From an uncultured Pelagibacteraceae bacterium (GTDB taxonomy: Bacteria > Pseudomonadota > Alphaproteobacteria > Pelagibacterales > Pelagibacteraceae): a DNA stretch of 64,000 nt. Position 1 is the first letter of the stretch. Every line of letters begins with the position of its first letter. The translations under genes and the position numbers were made by a program. Shown here piece after piece: positions 45,517-55,090 of this stretch. The notes beneath the pieces were generated by a model. That model saw nothing but the letters and a program-made list of their open reading frames with translations. It was not told the DNA's origin and ran no database searches. Location of the stretch: contig CACNZU010000003.1 in NCBI GenBank assembly GCA_902624885.1, positions 10,142 to 74,141 on the forward strand. Direction: 5' to 3'.

Positions 45517-45960
45517 TTATTTTATTTCAATAAGTCTTTTTTTCTTTATTTCTGGGATGATTTTTTCACAAGAAATAGTCAGTAAACCATCTTTAAGCTC
45601 AGCACCATTCACTTTTACATCATCTGCAATTGTAAATGATCTAGCAAAAGATCTTTGCGATATTCCTCGATGAATAACCTCATCACCTTCTTTTTCTTCA
45701 GTTCTTTTAACGTCTTTTGTTTTTACAGTTAAAAGATTATCTTCATATTCAACTTCAACATCATCTTTGTTAAAGCCAGCAACTGCTACTTCAATAGCAT
45801 ACTTATCTTTGCCTGCTCTTCGGATGTTGTATGGCGGATAATTGGTTTGTACACCAAGACTGCCATTCCCTAACATAGACTCAAACTGATCAAACATGTC
45901 GTCGAATCCAATGCTAAAAGGCCTAAGTGAATTAAAGATCGATAGATCCTTACTTGTCAT
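45517..45960 (-). CDS. ibpA: Small heat shock protein
   Basis: IGFD, NYPPYNI, AVAGF and HRGIS.RSF.RSF motifs; start set at ATG 45960 behind an AGGAGG SD. Confidence 0.95.
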   Translation of the reverse strand: MTSKDLSIFNSLRPFSIGFDDMFDQFESMLGNGSLGVQTNYPPYNIRRAGKDKYAIEVAVAGFNKDDVEVEYEDNLLTVKTKDVKRTEEKEGDEVIHRGISQRSFARSFTIADDVKVNGAELKDGLLTISCEKIIPEIKKKRLIEIK

Positions 45961-46013
45961 ATACCCTCCTTTGTTAGCAAGGTTAATGTCAGCCCCATTT
46001 GGCAACCGACAAT
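45961..46013 (-). promoter_or_regulatory. ROSE-like RNA thermometer
   Basis: 5' hairpin TGTCGGTT...GGCTGACA followed by CC-TTGCT-AACAA-AGGAGG; UUGCU pairs against the SD. Confidence 0.7.
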
Positions 46014-46017
46014 GTGG

Positions 46018-46045
46018 ATATGGGAATTATTTTTATTTTTTCAAG
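46018..46045 (-). promoter_or_regulatory. Sigma32 (RpoH) promoter of ibpA
   Basis: CTTGAA-N15-CCCATAT on the minus strand. Confidence 0.85.
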
Positions 46046-46049
46046 ACTG

Positions 46050-48134
46050 CTATTTTAAAATTTTTGCAGATTTTAAAATAAAAGAATATTCTTCTGCTAG
46101 TTCTGTGATCGCATTGTCGCGGCCAGACATTCCTCCATGACCTGCTGCTTCCATTTTGCATTTTAATAATTGAATATTATTATCAGTTTTTGTTTCTCTA
46201 AGTTTTGCAATATATTTAACCGGCTCAGAGTAAAGGACTCTATTGTCAAACAGAGAAGTTGTAATTAGCATTGGCGGGTAATCTTTTTTACTAAGATTGT
46301 TATAAGGCGCATAAGACAAGATATACTCAAAGTATTCCTTACTTTTTATTGGGTTTCCCCACATCTCCCATTCGCCTGGCGTTAACGGTAATTTCTCGTT
46401 TAACATAGTTGTCATTGTGTCTACAAATGGAACTAACAAAAGCATTCCAAAAAATAAATCTGGAGCCATATTAGCTACAGCTCCGCCAGTAAGACCTCCA
46501 GCAGATCCACCATAAAAACAAATTCCGCCTTTGTATGTATATCTTTGCTCTATAAGATGATTTGCACAAGCTATGTAATCTAAAAAAGTATTTTTCTTAA
46601 ATTTTTTTTTACCTTTTTCATGATGTTTATCTCCTAAATCACCGCCCCCTCTTACATGAGCTATCGCAAAAGTAATTCCTCTATCAATTAAACAAAATCT
46701 TGAGGCACTAAAAGATGGAGAAATACTATGTTTGTACGCCCCGTAGGCATATAAAAGAATTTTTGATTTTCCATCCTGTTTTGCTGTTTTCAATCTAACT
46801 AAACTAATGGGTATCATTTGGCCGTCATGAGACTCAGCTTTTATTCTTTCAACAACATAATTACTGGAGTCATGACCGGATGGAACTTCTGTTTGTTTTA
46901 CTAATTTTTTTTGCTTTGAGACGATGTCATACTCGTAAACTTGTCCTGGAGTTGCCATACTCTCCCAACCAACTCTTATCATTGTAGTATTAGTATCTTT
47001 TTGCATCAAAGAAACTCCAGGAACGCCTATTGGTTCATCTGAAATCTTAATTTCTTCTTCTTTGTTAGTTTTAATATTTCTTACAAAAAGTTTTGGGATA
47101 GCATCAGACTTTTCTGATCTAAGAATATAATCATCTAAAAATTCAAACCCACCAATAACTGTTTCTTTTTTTGCAGCGATAAAAACTTCTAATTTATCTA
47201 TTTCATTGGTCTTACATCTGAGTACTTTATAATCCCTAGCCTCCTCATTAGTGTGAACATAAAAATAACCTTGCCAGGAGTCTATTGAATAACGAACATC
47301 ATTTTTTCTTTTTTGAAAAAGTGTGGGCTTAATTTCTTTAGCATCGGTTGGAAAAAAATATTCTTCGGTTGTGATGTGATCGGAAGTTCCAATAATAAAA
47401 TATTTTTCATCAGAAGTAATACCAATACCACAAGTAAAAGTTTTATCTTTTTCCTCAAATATTAGCTGATCTTGATCTGATGATGTTCCAAGGACATGTT
47501 TGAAAATTTGTCTTGGTCTATGATATTGATCTAATTTTGAATAGAAAAAACTTTTGCTATCCAAAGTCCAAGTAACACTGCCGCTAGTATTTTCAACTAT
47601 ATCTTTTTCATTTTTTCCAGTTCTAAGATCTCTTAAATAGATTGTGTAATATTCTGATCCTTTTAAATCTAGAGAATATGCAATAAAATTATCACAATAA
47701 GATGTGCTAACAGTGCCAACTCCAAAATACTCAGAACCGGATTTCTTTTTCTCTAAATCACCATCAAAAAAAATTTCTTCGGGTTTAGAACCATCAATCA
47801 GTTGCCTCATTCTTTTACCGTAATTACCCTTAGCTTCTGTTTTTGACCAATAATAATATCTTTTATCTTTATATTTTAATCCAGTGTCATTTAATTTAAT
47901 TTTTCCTTTGATTTCGTTAAATAAATTATTCTGTAATTCTTTAACGTCTGTGAAGTAGTCTTCACTTATTTTGTTATTAGCTTCTATATAATCCTTGACC
48001 TCAGCATTTAACTTTTTTGGATCTTTTAAAACTTCAAGGATATTTGGCTGATCAACCCATGAATAATCATCTTCTAGTGGAATCCCGTGATAATTTTTCT
48101 TAGTCTTTATTTTTTTAAGTTTTGGTATATTCAT
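46050..48134 (-). CDS. ptrB: Oligopeptidase B (S9A)
   Basis: HVRGGG, GGSAGG, DNRV and AGHGG catalytic triad motifs. Confidence 0.92.
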   Translation of the reverse strand: MNIPKLKKIKTKKNYHGIPLEDDYSWVDQPNILEVLKDPKKLNAEVKDYIEANNKISEDYFTDVKELQNNLFNEIKGKIKLNDTGLKYKDKRYYYWSKTEAKGNYGKRMRQLIDGSKPEEIFFDGDLEKKKSGSEYFGVGTVSTSYCDNFIAYSLDLKGSEYYTIYLRDLRTGKNEKDIVENTSGSVTWTLDSKSFFYSKLDQYHRPRQIFKHVLGTSSDQDQLIFEEKDKTFTCGIGITSDEKYFIIGTSDHITTEEYFFPTDAKEIKPTLFQKRKNDVRYSIDSWQGYFYVHTNEEARDYKVLRCKTNEIDKLEVFIAAKKETVIGGFEFLDDYILRSEKSDAIPKLFVRNIKTNKEEEIKISDEPIGVPGVSLMQKDTNTTMIRVGWESMATPGQVYEYDIVSKQKKLVKQTEVPSGHDSSNYVVERIKAESHDGQMIPISLVRLKTAKQDGKSKILLYAYGAYKHSISPSFSASRFCLIDRGITFAIAHVRGGGDLGDKHHEKGKKKFKKNTFLDYIACANHLIEQRYTYKGGICFYGGSAGGLTGGAVANMAPDLFFGMLLLVPFVDTMTTMLNEKLPLTPGEWEMWGNPIKSKEYFEYILSYAPYNNLSKKDYPPMLITTSLFDNRVLYSEPVKYIAKLRETKTDNNIQLLKCKMEAAGHGGMSGRDNAITELAEEYSFILKSAKILK

Positions 48135-48147
48135 ACTAGGAAATTAT

Positions 48148-48660
48148 ATGAATTTGTTTTTATTGGGAATTATCATTTTCGTCGTAATCTACCTTTTTCT
48201 AAATTGGTTCGCTAGAGCTAGTTCAAAAAAGATAGCCACAACTATAAAAAAAATTGCAATTTATATATCATTGATTCTAGCTGTACTATTTACAATTGGC
48301 GGTAAATTCATCTTTAGTCTTCCAATGTGGTTGATCTTGCTCTCTGGGCTCAAGATTAAAGGGTTTACTGCTTTGCAAATGTATCAATTATGGAGATTAA
48401 TCCAATTTATGAAAAATAATGCGGGAAGATTTTCTCAAGGGCAGTTTGGTCAAACTCCAGGATCATCTAGTCTTACATCAGAAGAGGCTTATAAATTGCT
48501 AGGATTAAAAAAGGGCGCAAGCAAAGAGGAAGTTTTAAAAGCAGCTAATCAATTACAAAAAAAAATTCATCCTGATATGAACCGTAATGTAGACAGTTCT
48601 AGATTGAGTCAACTAGTAAATGAAGCCAAAGAAAAAATAATAAAAACTGATTTTAGTTAG
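48148..48660 (+). CDS. Membrane-anchored DnaJ-domain protein
   Basis: N-terminal TM segments and a C-terminal J-domain with HPD. Confidence 0.85.
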   Translation: MNLFLLGIIIFVVIYLFLNWFARASSKKIATTIKKIAIYISLILAVLFTIGGKFIFSLPMWLILLSGLKIKGFTALQMYQLWRLIQFMKNNAGRFSQGQFGQTPGSSSLTSEEAYKLLGLKKGASKEEVLKAANQLQKKIHPDMNRNVDSSRLSQLVNEAKEKIIKTDFS

Positions 48661-49615
48661 ATAAAAGCTCAATACATTTATCATAAACTTTATCAAATGA
48701 AATTTTATCTGCACCTAAAGTATCATGAGATGTTGACTCCTCAGTTTCTCCTTCTGGAATAATTATATTTATATTCCTTGAGTACTTTCCATAGGCAAGA
48801 ACTGGACTATCCATAAACAAAGCTACAGTTTTTAAATTAAGAGCTGCACTTATATGCATAAAACCTGTATCATTTCCACAGTATAAATTACAATTTGCTA
48901 TAATTGGAAGCATTTCATTTATCTTTAAGTTATTTAAAGAAATACAATTAGATCCTATATTTGAATTTGATATTTCATTTATCAAAGGCTGATCATTTTT
49001 TCCAGCTGCCAAATAAAATTTCGATGGAAATTTTTGATTTATTTTTTCACTTAATTTAATAAAATTTTTTATTTGCCAGCGTTTAGTTGGTCCAGATGCG
49101 CTAATACCTAATACAATACATTTATTATTCAATGGCATATTTTTTTGAGCTTCTAATATCTTATCCTGATTGACAAAGAGTTTTGGTTGTGTAGAAACAA
49201 TTTTACCAATTTCATTCTCAGTAAAAATTTTTGCTGTATTGACAACATGCTGTCCCTTTTTTTTAAATAGAGGATATTGAGCAATTTTTTTGATACCCGC
49301 TAATTTACAAACTAAAAAATATCTTACTGAACTGTTAAATATGAATACTTTATCAAATTTTTTTCCCTTAATATCTTTTGTTAATTTTATGAATCCATTT
49401 AAACCATCGTGGCTACCGGTGTTATCCTCTAAACGATCTAATGTTATCACTTCTTTGATATGAGGATCGTCTTGAAAAAGATCTTTTGCCCTAGTATTTT
49501 CTTTGGCTAATATTGAAATTGGTTTTCCATATTTCTTCGAGATTTCATGTATATAATTCAGGTGAATTATACAGTCTCCTAGACCAACCTTATTTATTAG
49601 AATCAAAACTTTCAT
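48653..49615 (-). CDS. Glycosyltransferase family 9 (heptosyltransferase-like)
   Basis: GLGD, KRW and GNDTGFMHISAA motifs. Confidence 0.9.
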   Translation of the reverse strand: MKVLILINKVGLGDCIIHLNYIHEISKKYGKPISILAKENTRAKDLFQDDPHIKEVITLDRLEDNTGSHDGLNGFIKLTKDIKGKKFDKVFIFNSSVRYFLVCKLAGIKKIAQYPLFKKKGQHVVNTAKIFTENEIGKIVSTQPKLFVNQDKILEAQKNMPLNNKCIVLGISASGPTKRWQIKNFIKLSEKINQKFPSKFYLAAGKNDQPLINEISNSNIGSNCISLNNLKINEMLPIIANCNLYCGNDTGFMHISAALNLKTVALFMDSPVLAYGKYSRNINIIIPEGETEESTSHDTLGADKISFDKVYDKCIELLSN

Positions 49616-49662
49616 TTTTGAAACTTATACTATAATTTATTTCAATAAATTGGGACAATAAG

Positions 49663-50547
49663 ATGTTGAAGAGAGGCGTATACGCAGCAGGTTTAAGTGT
49701 TTTAAATAAAGACTTAACGTTAAATGTTGAGGCTACGATTTCTCATGCTGAGAACCTTATCAAAAATGGATTACATGGATGCTTCTTCTTTGGAAGTACT
49801 GGAATGTCACAACTAATTTCTAAAAATGAAAAAATGGAGCTAATTTCAAAAATTTCTACACACAAACAAAGGAAACATTTTTATTTAGGTACAGGCTGCA
49901 ACAGTCTTAATGAAAATATTGAGTTAATAAAATATGCTAGTGAGTTTAATTTTGATACAATTTTGTTAATGCCAAGCGCGTACTATGTTGGAAATTCTGA
50001 CGAAGGAGTTTTTGAATTTTATAGAAAAATAATTTCAGCGTGCCCAAAAATTAAAATTGTAATTTATAATTTTCAAAAATTATCTGGTTATATTTTTTCA
50101 GTTGATGCAATTACAAAATTAGTTGAGTCATTTCCTAAAAATATAATTGGAGTTAAAGATTCATCTTATAATTTGTATGAAAATCTAAAAATTAAAAATT
50201 TTTTAATTTTTCCTGGCAGCGAGGCAAAACTACTTAAAGGATTAGAAAAAGGATCTAGCGGTGTTATAAGTGCAGTAACTAACTCAACACACTCCTTAGC
50301 TAGAAAAGTATTTGATGATTATGAAAATAAGGTGCCACAAACAAAAAATGATCAATTAATTAGTGTTCGTGAAACCTTTGACAGCTATAATTTGATATCA
50401 GCCTTGCACAGTTTTCATTCGATTAAAGATGAGAATTATAAGAATATACTACCTCCACTTACTTTGTTAAGTGAAAAAAAATTGAAAGAACTTATTGAAA
50501 AATTAAATAAACTAAAATTTATTAGCGAAAAAAACATCGCAGCATAA
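49663..50547 (+). CDS. DapA/NanA-family class I aldolase
   Basis: GSTG, IYN and GVKDSS (Schiff-base Lys); not a canonical DapA. Confidence 0.85.
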   Translation: MLKRGVYAAGLSVLNKDLTLNVEATISHAENLIKNGLHGCFFFGSTGMSQLISKNEKMELISKISTHKQRKHFYLGTGCNSLNENIELIKYASEFNFDTILLMPSAYYVGNSDEGVFEFYRKIISACPKIKIVIYNFQKLSGYIFSVDAITKLVESFPKNIIGVKDSSYNLYENLKIKNFLIFPGSEAKLLKGLEKGSSGVISAVTNSTHSLARKVFDDYENKVPQTKNDQLISVRETFDSYNLISALHSFHSIKDENYKNILPPLTLLSEKKLKELIEKLNKLKFISEKNIAA

Positions 50548-50550
50548 TTT

Positions 50551-51756
50551 ATGATTTTAGCAAAATTATTTACAAAAATTTTTAGAGAAGGTGGAATAAT
50601 ATTAGTTGATTCTGAAAATCAAAAATATATTTGTGGTTCGCCACGACAAATTAAACCTATAACGTTAAAACTTAAAAAAAAAGATTTAAATTGGAAAATT
50701 TTACTGAATCCCGAACTTGAGTTTCCTGAAGGTTTTATGAGAGGGGATATAATTATTGAAAATGCTTCATTGAAGGAATTTTTAATGGAAGTTCTAAAAA
50801 ATCTTGGAAGAGGTGAAGTTAGCACAGCAAGTATTTTTTTTAAAAAAGTTTATCAAGCATGGAGATTTATCTCTAATTTTAATTTTCCAGGTAAATCAAA
50901 AAAAAATGTTGAAGCTCATTATGATATCGGTGGAAGAAAAGGTGAAATTCTTTATGATGTGATGCTTGATAAGCACCATCGTCAATATAGTTGTGGCTAC
51001 TGGAAAGAAGAAACAAAAACTTTAGAGGAGGCACAAGAAAATAAAATCCAACATATAATAAAAAAACTTGATATTAAAAAAAATCAAACAGTTTTGGATA
51101 TTGGTTGTGGGTGGGGCGGTCTTTGTTTTGAGATAGCAAAACAGTATGACTGTGAAGTAACTGGAATTTCATTAAGTACTAATCAAATAAATTATTGTAA
51201 AGAAAAGGCTAAGAAGTTAGGACTAGAAAATCAAGTTAAATTTGAATTAATAGATTATAGATTAGTAAAGGGAAGCTACGATCGTATTGTATCAGTAGGT
51301 TTTGGGGAACATCTAGGAGTAAAGTTCTATAACACTTTTTTTAAAAAAATTAATAGTATTTTAAATGAAAATGGAAATTTTCTATTTCATCTAATTGGTG
51401 TAGTGGACAAACCTTCTGCTCCAAATCAATTCATAAATAAATATATATTCCCAGGGGGTGTATGCCCTTCACTGAGTCAGCTTATCAAACCTATAGAGAA
51501 AACAGGCCTAATCGTCGCTGACACAGAAACTTTAATAAGACACTACGATAAAACACTTGAGGCTTGGCTAGAAAGATTTTTAGTAAAAAGGAATGAGATA
51601 AAAGATTTGTTTGATGAAAAATTTTGTAAAATGTGGGAATTTTATTTAGCAAGCTGTGCAGCGGCTTTCAGATACCGCGATCTCGTTGTTTTTCAATTAC
51701 AAATTGTCAAGAACTTTCATTCAGCTCATAGAACAAGAGACTATATATATTCATAA
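50551..51756 (+). CDS. cfa: Cyclopropane fatty acyl phospholipid synthase family methyltransferase
   Basis: HYD, QYSCGYW, LDIGCGWGG, KYIFPGG and WEFYLASC motifs. Confidence 0.88.
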   Translation: MILAKLFTKIFREGGIILVDSENQKYICGSPRQIKPITLKLKKKDLNWKILLNPELEFPEGFMRGDIIIENASLKEFLMEVLKNLGRGEVSTASIFFKKVYQAWRFISNFNFPGKSKKNVEAHYDIGGRKGEILYDVMLDKHHRQYSCGYWKEETKTLEEAQENKIQHIIKKLDIKKNQTVLDIGCGWGGLCFEIAKQYDCEVTGISLSTNQINYCKEKAKKLGLENQVKFELIDYRLVKGSYDRIVSVGFGEHLGVKFYNTFFKKINSILNENGNFLFHLIGVVDKPSAPNQFINKYIFPGGVCPSLSQLIKPIEKTGLIVADTETLIRHYDKTLEAWLERFLVKRNEIKDLFDEKFCKMWEFYLASCAAAFRYRDLVVFQLQIVKNFHSAHRTRDYIYS

Positions 51757-51782
51757 AAACTGTTATTAAATAAATTAACAGT

Positions 51783-52994
51783 ATGAAAGAAAAAAAAAAG
51801 AAACTTAAAAAATTTAAGTCAATAAAATCAAAAAAACCTAGATCAAAAAAAAGAGCTAAAAGACAGAAAAAAACTACAAAAAGAAAGTCAAAAATAAAAA
51901 GAATAATTAAAAAAAAAAGAAAAAAAACTAAATCACGAAAAAAGAAAATTATTCCGCCTAAATTAAAAAACAAAAAAACTCAAAAAACAAGAGCAGTTGT
52001 ATCAGGAATTTTAAATTTGAGCGATAAATTGAAATCAATGTTCAGATTCAATTTTAATTTGGATAAATCTCTTCAGAAATTTTTTCAAGGCATTTCTAAT
52101 CGAGTTTCAAATATAAAAAAAGTTATTCAAGAGGAAAGAGAAAAACAAAAAAAAATTAAAATTCAAGCGATGCATAGAGAGAAAATAGAGGCGCAAAAAC
52201 GTTTTAGACAACAAGAAGAACTTGCAATTAAAGCTAAAGCACTTGAACTAAGAGAAGAAGAAAAATTAGGCCGTGAGAGAAAAATAGAACTGCAGAAATT
52301 TATTAGATTTGAGCAAGCTGAACTTAGAAAAGAGCGAGCAGAAAAGCAGAGAAAATTTTTAGAACAAATTGCTTTAGAAAAAAAGATAGAACAATTTAGA
52401 AAAAGAGAGGCTTTAGAGATAAAAAATTTAGAGAAATATGTGCTAGGCCAACAAAGAAAGTCCTACGAAGAAGTTCAACAGCGCATAGATAGAATTAAAG
52501 AAAAATATAGATCTTTGAGAGAACAGAAAGTTAATGAAGCAATTAGAGAAAGAGTTGCTCAACTAGGAATTAAAATTGAAGATACAGATAATAAGGAAAC
52601 TTTATTAGAAAAAGAGAGAATTTTTAATCAGGAACGAGAAAAAATTGAGTATGCTTTAGAAAGTTTTTACAGATCTGCTCATAGTTTATGCTTTCAAATA
52701 AATAAAAGATATATTCCAAAATATTTGAGTATTATGAGGGTAGTTGATCGAAGATTTGAGACAGGTGAAATATTTATAAAATGGGATGATACTGCAGAGG
52801 ACGATTGGTTAATTTTAATATACATCAAAGATAATTCTCCTGAGGAAGGAATTATAATTGAAGACAAGTCAAATCCAGAAAAACATAATTCTTATGAATT
52901 TAAACCTACAGAAATATTTAGAGCCTCAGATCTTATGGTGGACTCGCTCACTAAATTGCTTGATAGAGAAAGAAATAAAAAAAAGGTTAGTTAA
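51783..52994 (+). CDS. Hypothetical protein: Lys/Arg-rich N-terminus, coiled coil and globular C-terminal domain
   Basis: 403-codon ORF filling the space between flanking genes; no recognisable family. Confidence 0.75.
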   Translation: MKEKKKKLKKFKSIKSKKPRSKKRAKRQKKTTKRKSKIKRIIKKKRKKTKSRKKKIIPPKLKNKKTQKTRAVVSGILNLSDKLKSMFRFNFNLDKSLQKFFQGISNRVSNIKKVIQEEREKQKKIKIQAMHREKIEAQKRFRQQEELAIKAKALELREEEKLGRERKIELQKFIRFEQAELRKERAEKQRKFLEQIALEKKIEQFRKREALEIKNLEKYVLGQQRKSYEEVQQRIDRIKEKYRSLREQKVNEAIRERVAQLGIKIEDTDNKETLLEKERIFNQEREKIEYALESFYRSAHSLCFQINKRYIPKYLSIMRVVDRRFETGEIFIKWDDTAEDDWLILIYIKDNSPEEGIIIEDKSNPEKHNSYEFKPTEIFRASDLMVDSLTKLLDRERNKKKVS

Positions 52995-54036
52995 CAATTT
53001 GATTCAATTTTTTCACCTCACCAATTTTAAATGTAATTGTATCTTCTTTTTTAAATCCATAATTTTCAGCCCCTACTTTAAATCTTTTAGGAGGTTCCAT
53101 GATAGGCTCCAAAGATAGAACTACAGTTCCCCAATGCATCCCAATTACTTTTTTACTCTTAAGATCTTTTGCTACTTGCAAAGCCTCTTCAGGGTTAGTG
53201 TGATAAACTGATTTATCTTTAACTGGCATTATAGGAAAAAAATTATAAGCACCTATGTTTATAAATGTAATATCAATTGGACCAAATTTATTCCCTAAAT
53301 CTTTATAAATATTTCCTATACCTGTATCACAAGCAAACAATATCTTTTTATTTTTATACTCAATCAAAAAATTTCCCCAAAGTGTTTTATTAGTATCCCA
53401 TAAACTTCTTTTTGACCAATGCACAGCCGGTAATAAAGTTACACTTACCTCCTTTGATACTTGAATTTTTTCATACCAGTCAAGTTCATTAACGTCTTTA
53501 TAATTTCTAAAATATTTTCCAAGTTTTAATGGGACTATTACTTTAGCTTCCTTATATGGAAAGTTTCTAATAGTTGCAGCATCTTGATGATCATAATGAT
53601 TATGAGTTAGTAAAAATAAATTGACTTTAGGAATATCCTTCAAATTAATTGCTGGTGGCACATATCTTTTTGGACCAAAAATCAAAGGACCAGTATTTTT
53701 AGAGAATACAGGATCAGTGATAATTGTTGTATCTCCTAGTTTTATAAGAAATGTTGCGTGACCTATCCACGCAATATAGTCATTTTTTTGATTTTTTTTT
53801 AAATTTTCCAATGCTTTTTCTCGTGGAACAATATGATCATCAGGTAATTCAATTTTAATCTTCTTTCTTTCCTCATTAAAAATCTTATAAGACCATTTTA
53901 CATTGGGATCTCTTTTAGGCGAACCCTCTGGATTTCTGAATGTTCCATCTGGTAAATGGTGGTAAGGTTTTTTCTCCATAGCATTTAAACTAATAATTAA
54001 TGAAAATATTATACACAGAATAAGGGGTATTCGCAT
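52987..54036 (-). CDS. MBL-fold metallohydrolase (RomA/NAPE-PLD-like) with signal peptide
   Basis: WIGHAT, THNHYDH, HWSKR, CDTG and MHWGT motifs; start placed at ATG 54036 (signal peptide MRIPLILCIIFSLIISLNA). Confidence 0.85.
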   Translation of the reverse strand: MRIPLILCIIFSLIISLNAMEKKPYHHLPDGTFRNPEGSPKRDPNVKWSYKIFNEERKKIKIELPDDHIVPREKALENLKKNQKNDYIAWIGHATFLIKLGDTTIITDPVFSKNTGPLIFGPKRYVPPAINLKDIPKVNLFLLTHNHYDHQDAATIRNFPYKEAKVIVPLKLGKYFRNYKDVNELDWYEKIQVSKEVSVTLLPAVHWSKRSLWDTNKTLWGNFLIEYKNKKILFACDTGIGNIYKDLGNKFGPIDITFINIGAYNFFPIMPVKDKSVYHTNPEEALQVAKDLKSKKVIGMHWGTVVLSLEPIMEPPKRFKVGAENYGFKKEDTITFKIGEVKKLNQIVN

Positions 54037-54046
54037 ACCCCTTATT
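54019..54046 (-). other. Perfect 12-bp hairpin with GCGA tetraloop
   Basis: Minus strand AATAAGGGGTAT-GCGA-ATACCCCTTATT. Confidence 0.8.
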
Positions 54047-54074
54047 AGCACAGACAATTAAATTTAAAAGGAAA

Positions 54075-54278
54075 TTAAATATCTGAACAATTAGATTTAT
54101 TTATTCTCTTATCAAATGATTTAAGCGCATCTTTTGAAATGACCCAAACATACGAGCTTTCTTTTAAACCATTTTCATCGGCAGCTGTACATCTTTTGCC
54201 AAATTTTACTTTGGCCATGTTACTTCCAGCACAATTAGTCAACATAAGCAACAACATAAAAGTAGATAATATTTTCAT
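54075..54278 (-). CDS. Small hypothetical lipoprotein
   Basis: LTNC lipobox and two further Cys. Confidence 0.7.
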   Translation of the reverse strand: MKILSTFMLLLMLTNCAGSNMAKVKFGKRCTAADENGLKESSYVWVISKDALKSFDKRINKSNCSDI

Positions 54279-54350
54279 GATTAAAATTTAAAGTTAGAGT
54301 CTGTGCTTTGCTTGGCATAATTTGGACCAAAAAAAGAAATTGAAACTTTA

Positions 54351-54379
54351 TTGAATAAGATAAACTTTAGCTTTATGAT
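54351..54379 (+). promoter_or_regulatory. Sigma70 promoter giving a probably leaderless thioesterase mRNA
   Basis: TTGAAT-N17-TATGAT, 7 nt before the ATG at 54387. Confidence 0.6.
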
Positions 54380-54386
54380 TGAAATT

Positions 54387-54779
54387 ATGTCTAAAAGCCA
54401 CATTTACGAATTGAAAGTTTTTGTTGAAGACATTGACTTTGGTAGAGTATTTTACTCTAGATATCTTCAGTATATCGAGAGAGCTAGAACGGAGCTAATA
54501 CACGAAAAATTTGGTCTTACTTTAACTCAACTTATGAACGAGCACGATGTAATGTTTGTCGTTAGGAAATGCAACATTAAATATCTAAAATCAGCAGTTT
54601 TTGAGGATAATTTAAGTGTTGAAACAGCTGTTTTAAAAAAAACCAACGTTAGACTAAATTTGCTTCAAGAGGTTAAAAGAGGCGGGGAAGTCCTTGTTAG
54701 TGCAGAAGTGGAACTAGCAGTGGTAGATCGAAGTGGGTCAATAAAAAAACTTTCTAATGATTTTTTTGCAAAAATTTAA
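54387..54779 (+). CDS. YbgC/4HBT-family acyl-CoA thioesterase
   Basis: EDID.G....YL.YIERARTE and FVVR...IKYLKSA.FED motifs; start chosen from promoter position. Confidence 0.8.
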   Translation: MSKSHIYELKVFVEDIDFGRVFYSRYLQYIERARTELIHEKFGLTLTQLMNEHDVMFVVRKCNIKYLKSAVFEDNLSVETAVLKKTNVRLNLLQEVKRGGEVLVSAEVELAVVDRSGSIKKLSNDFFAKI

Positions 54780-54891
54780 ATTTGGCTAAGAAACGCCTAA
54801 TATCTGCCTAAATTTTCGTTATAAACTATATTCAACTCAAGTTTGCAAATTCAGCAATACTCATAGGGTTAAAAATAAATTAAAAGGAATC

Positions 54892-55014
54892 ATGAAAATT
54901 AAACAACTAAAAAAAAACAAGTTAAAAACTAATATTAGTAAGAAATTCAAAAAAATCTCTCTCTTCGAACTTCAAAATAGCGCAAAATTTCTAAATTTTA
55001 GAGTTCGAGCATAA
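54892..55014 (+). CDS. Unannotated 40-aa basic small protein
   Basis: AAGGAA SD then MKIKQLKKNKLKTNISKKFKKISLFELQNSAKFLNFRVRA, followed by its own terminator. Confidence 0.55.
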   Translation: MKIKQLKKNKLKTNISKKFKKISLFELQNSAKFLNFRVRA

Positions 55015-55033
55015 TCTTTCCTTCTAAATAAAT

Positions 55034-55065
55034 CAGTGGCTTAATCTAATTAGGCCATTGTTTTT
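55034..55065 (+). terminator. Intrinsic terminator
   Basis: CAGTGGCTTAAT-CTA-ATTAGGCCATTG-TTTTT. Confidence 0.8.
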
Positions 55066-55090
55066 ATACCAATAATTGTTAAATTACTCT

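Noticed and set aside
46013-46021. DnaA-box-like TGTGGATAT
   Set aside because: Single copy, explained by overlap with the sigma32 -10 element of ibpA.
54313-54329. Sigma54-like TTGGCA site
   Set aside because: No TTGC at the -12 position.
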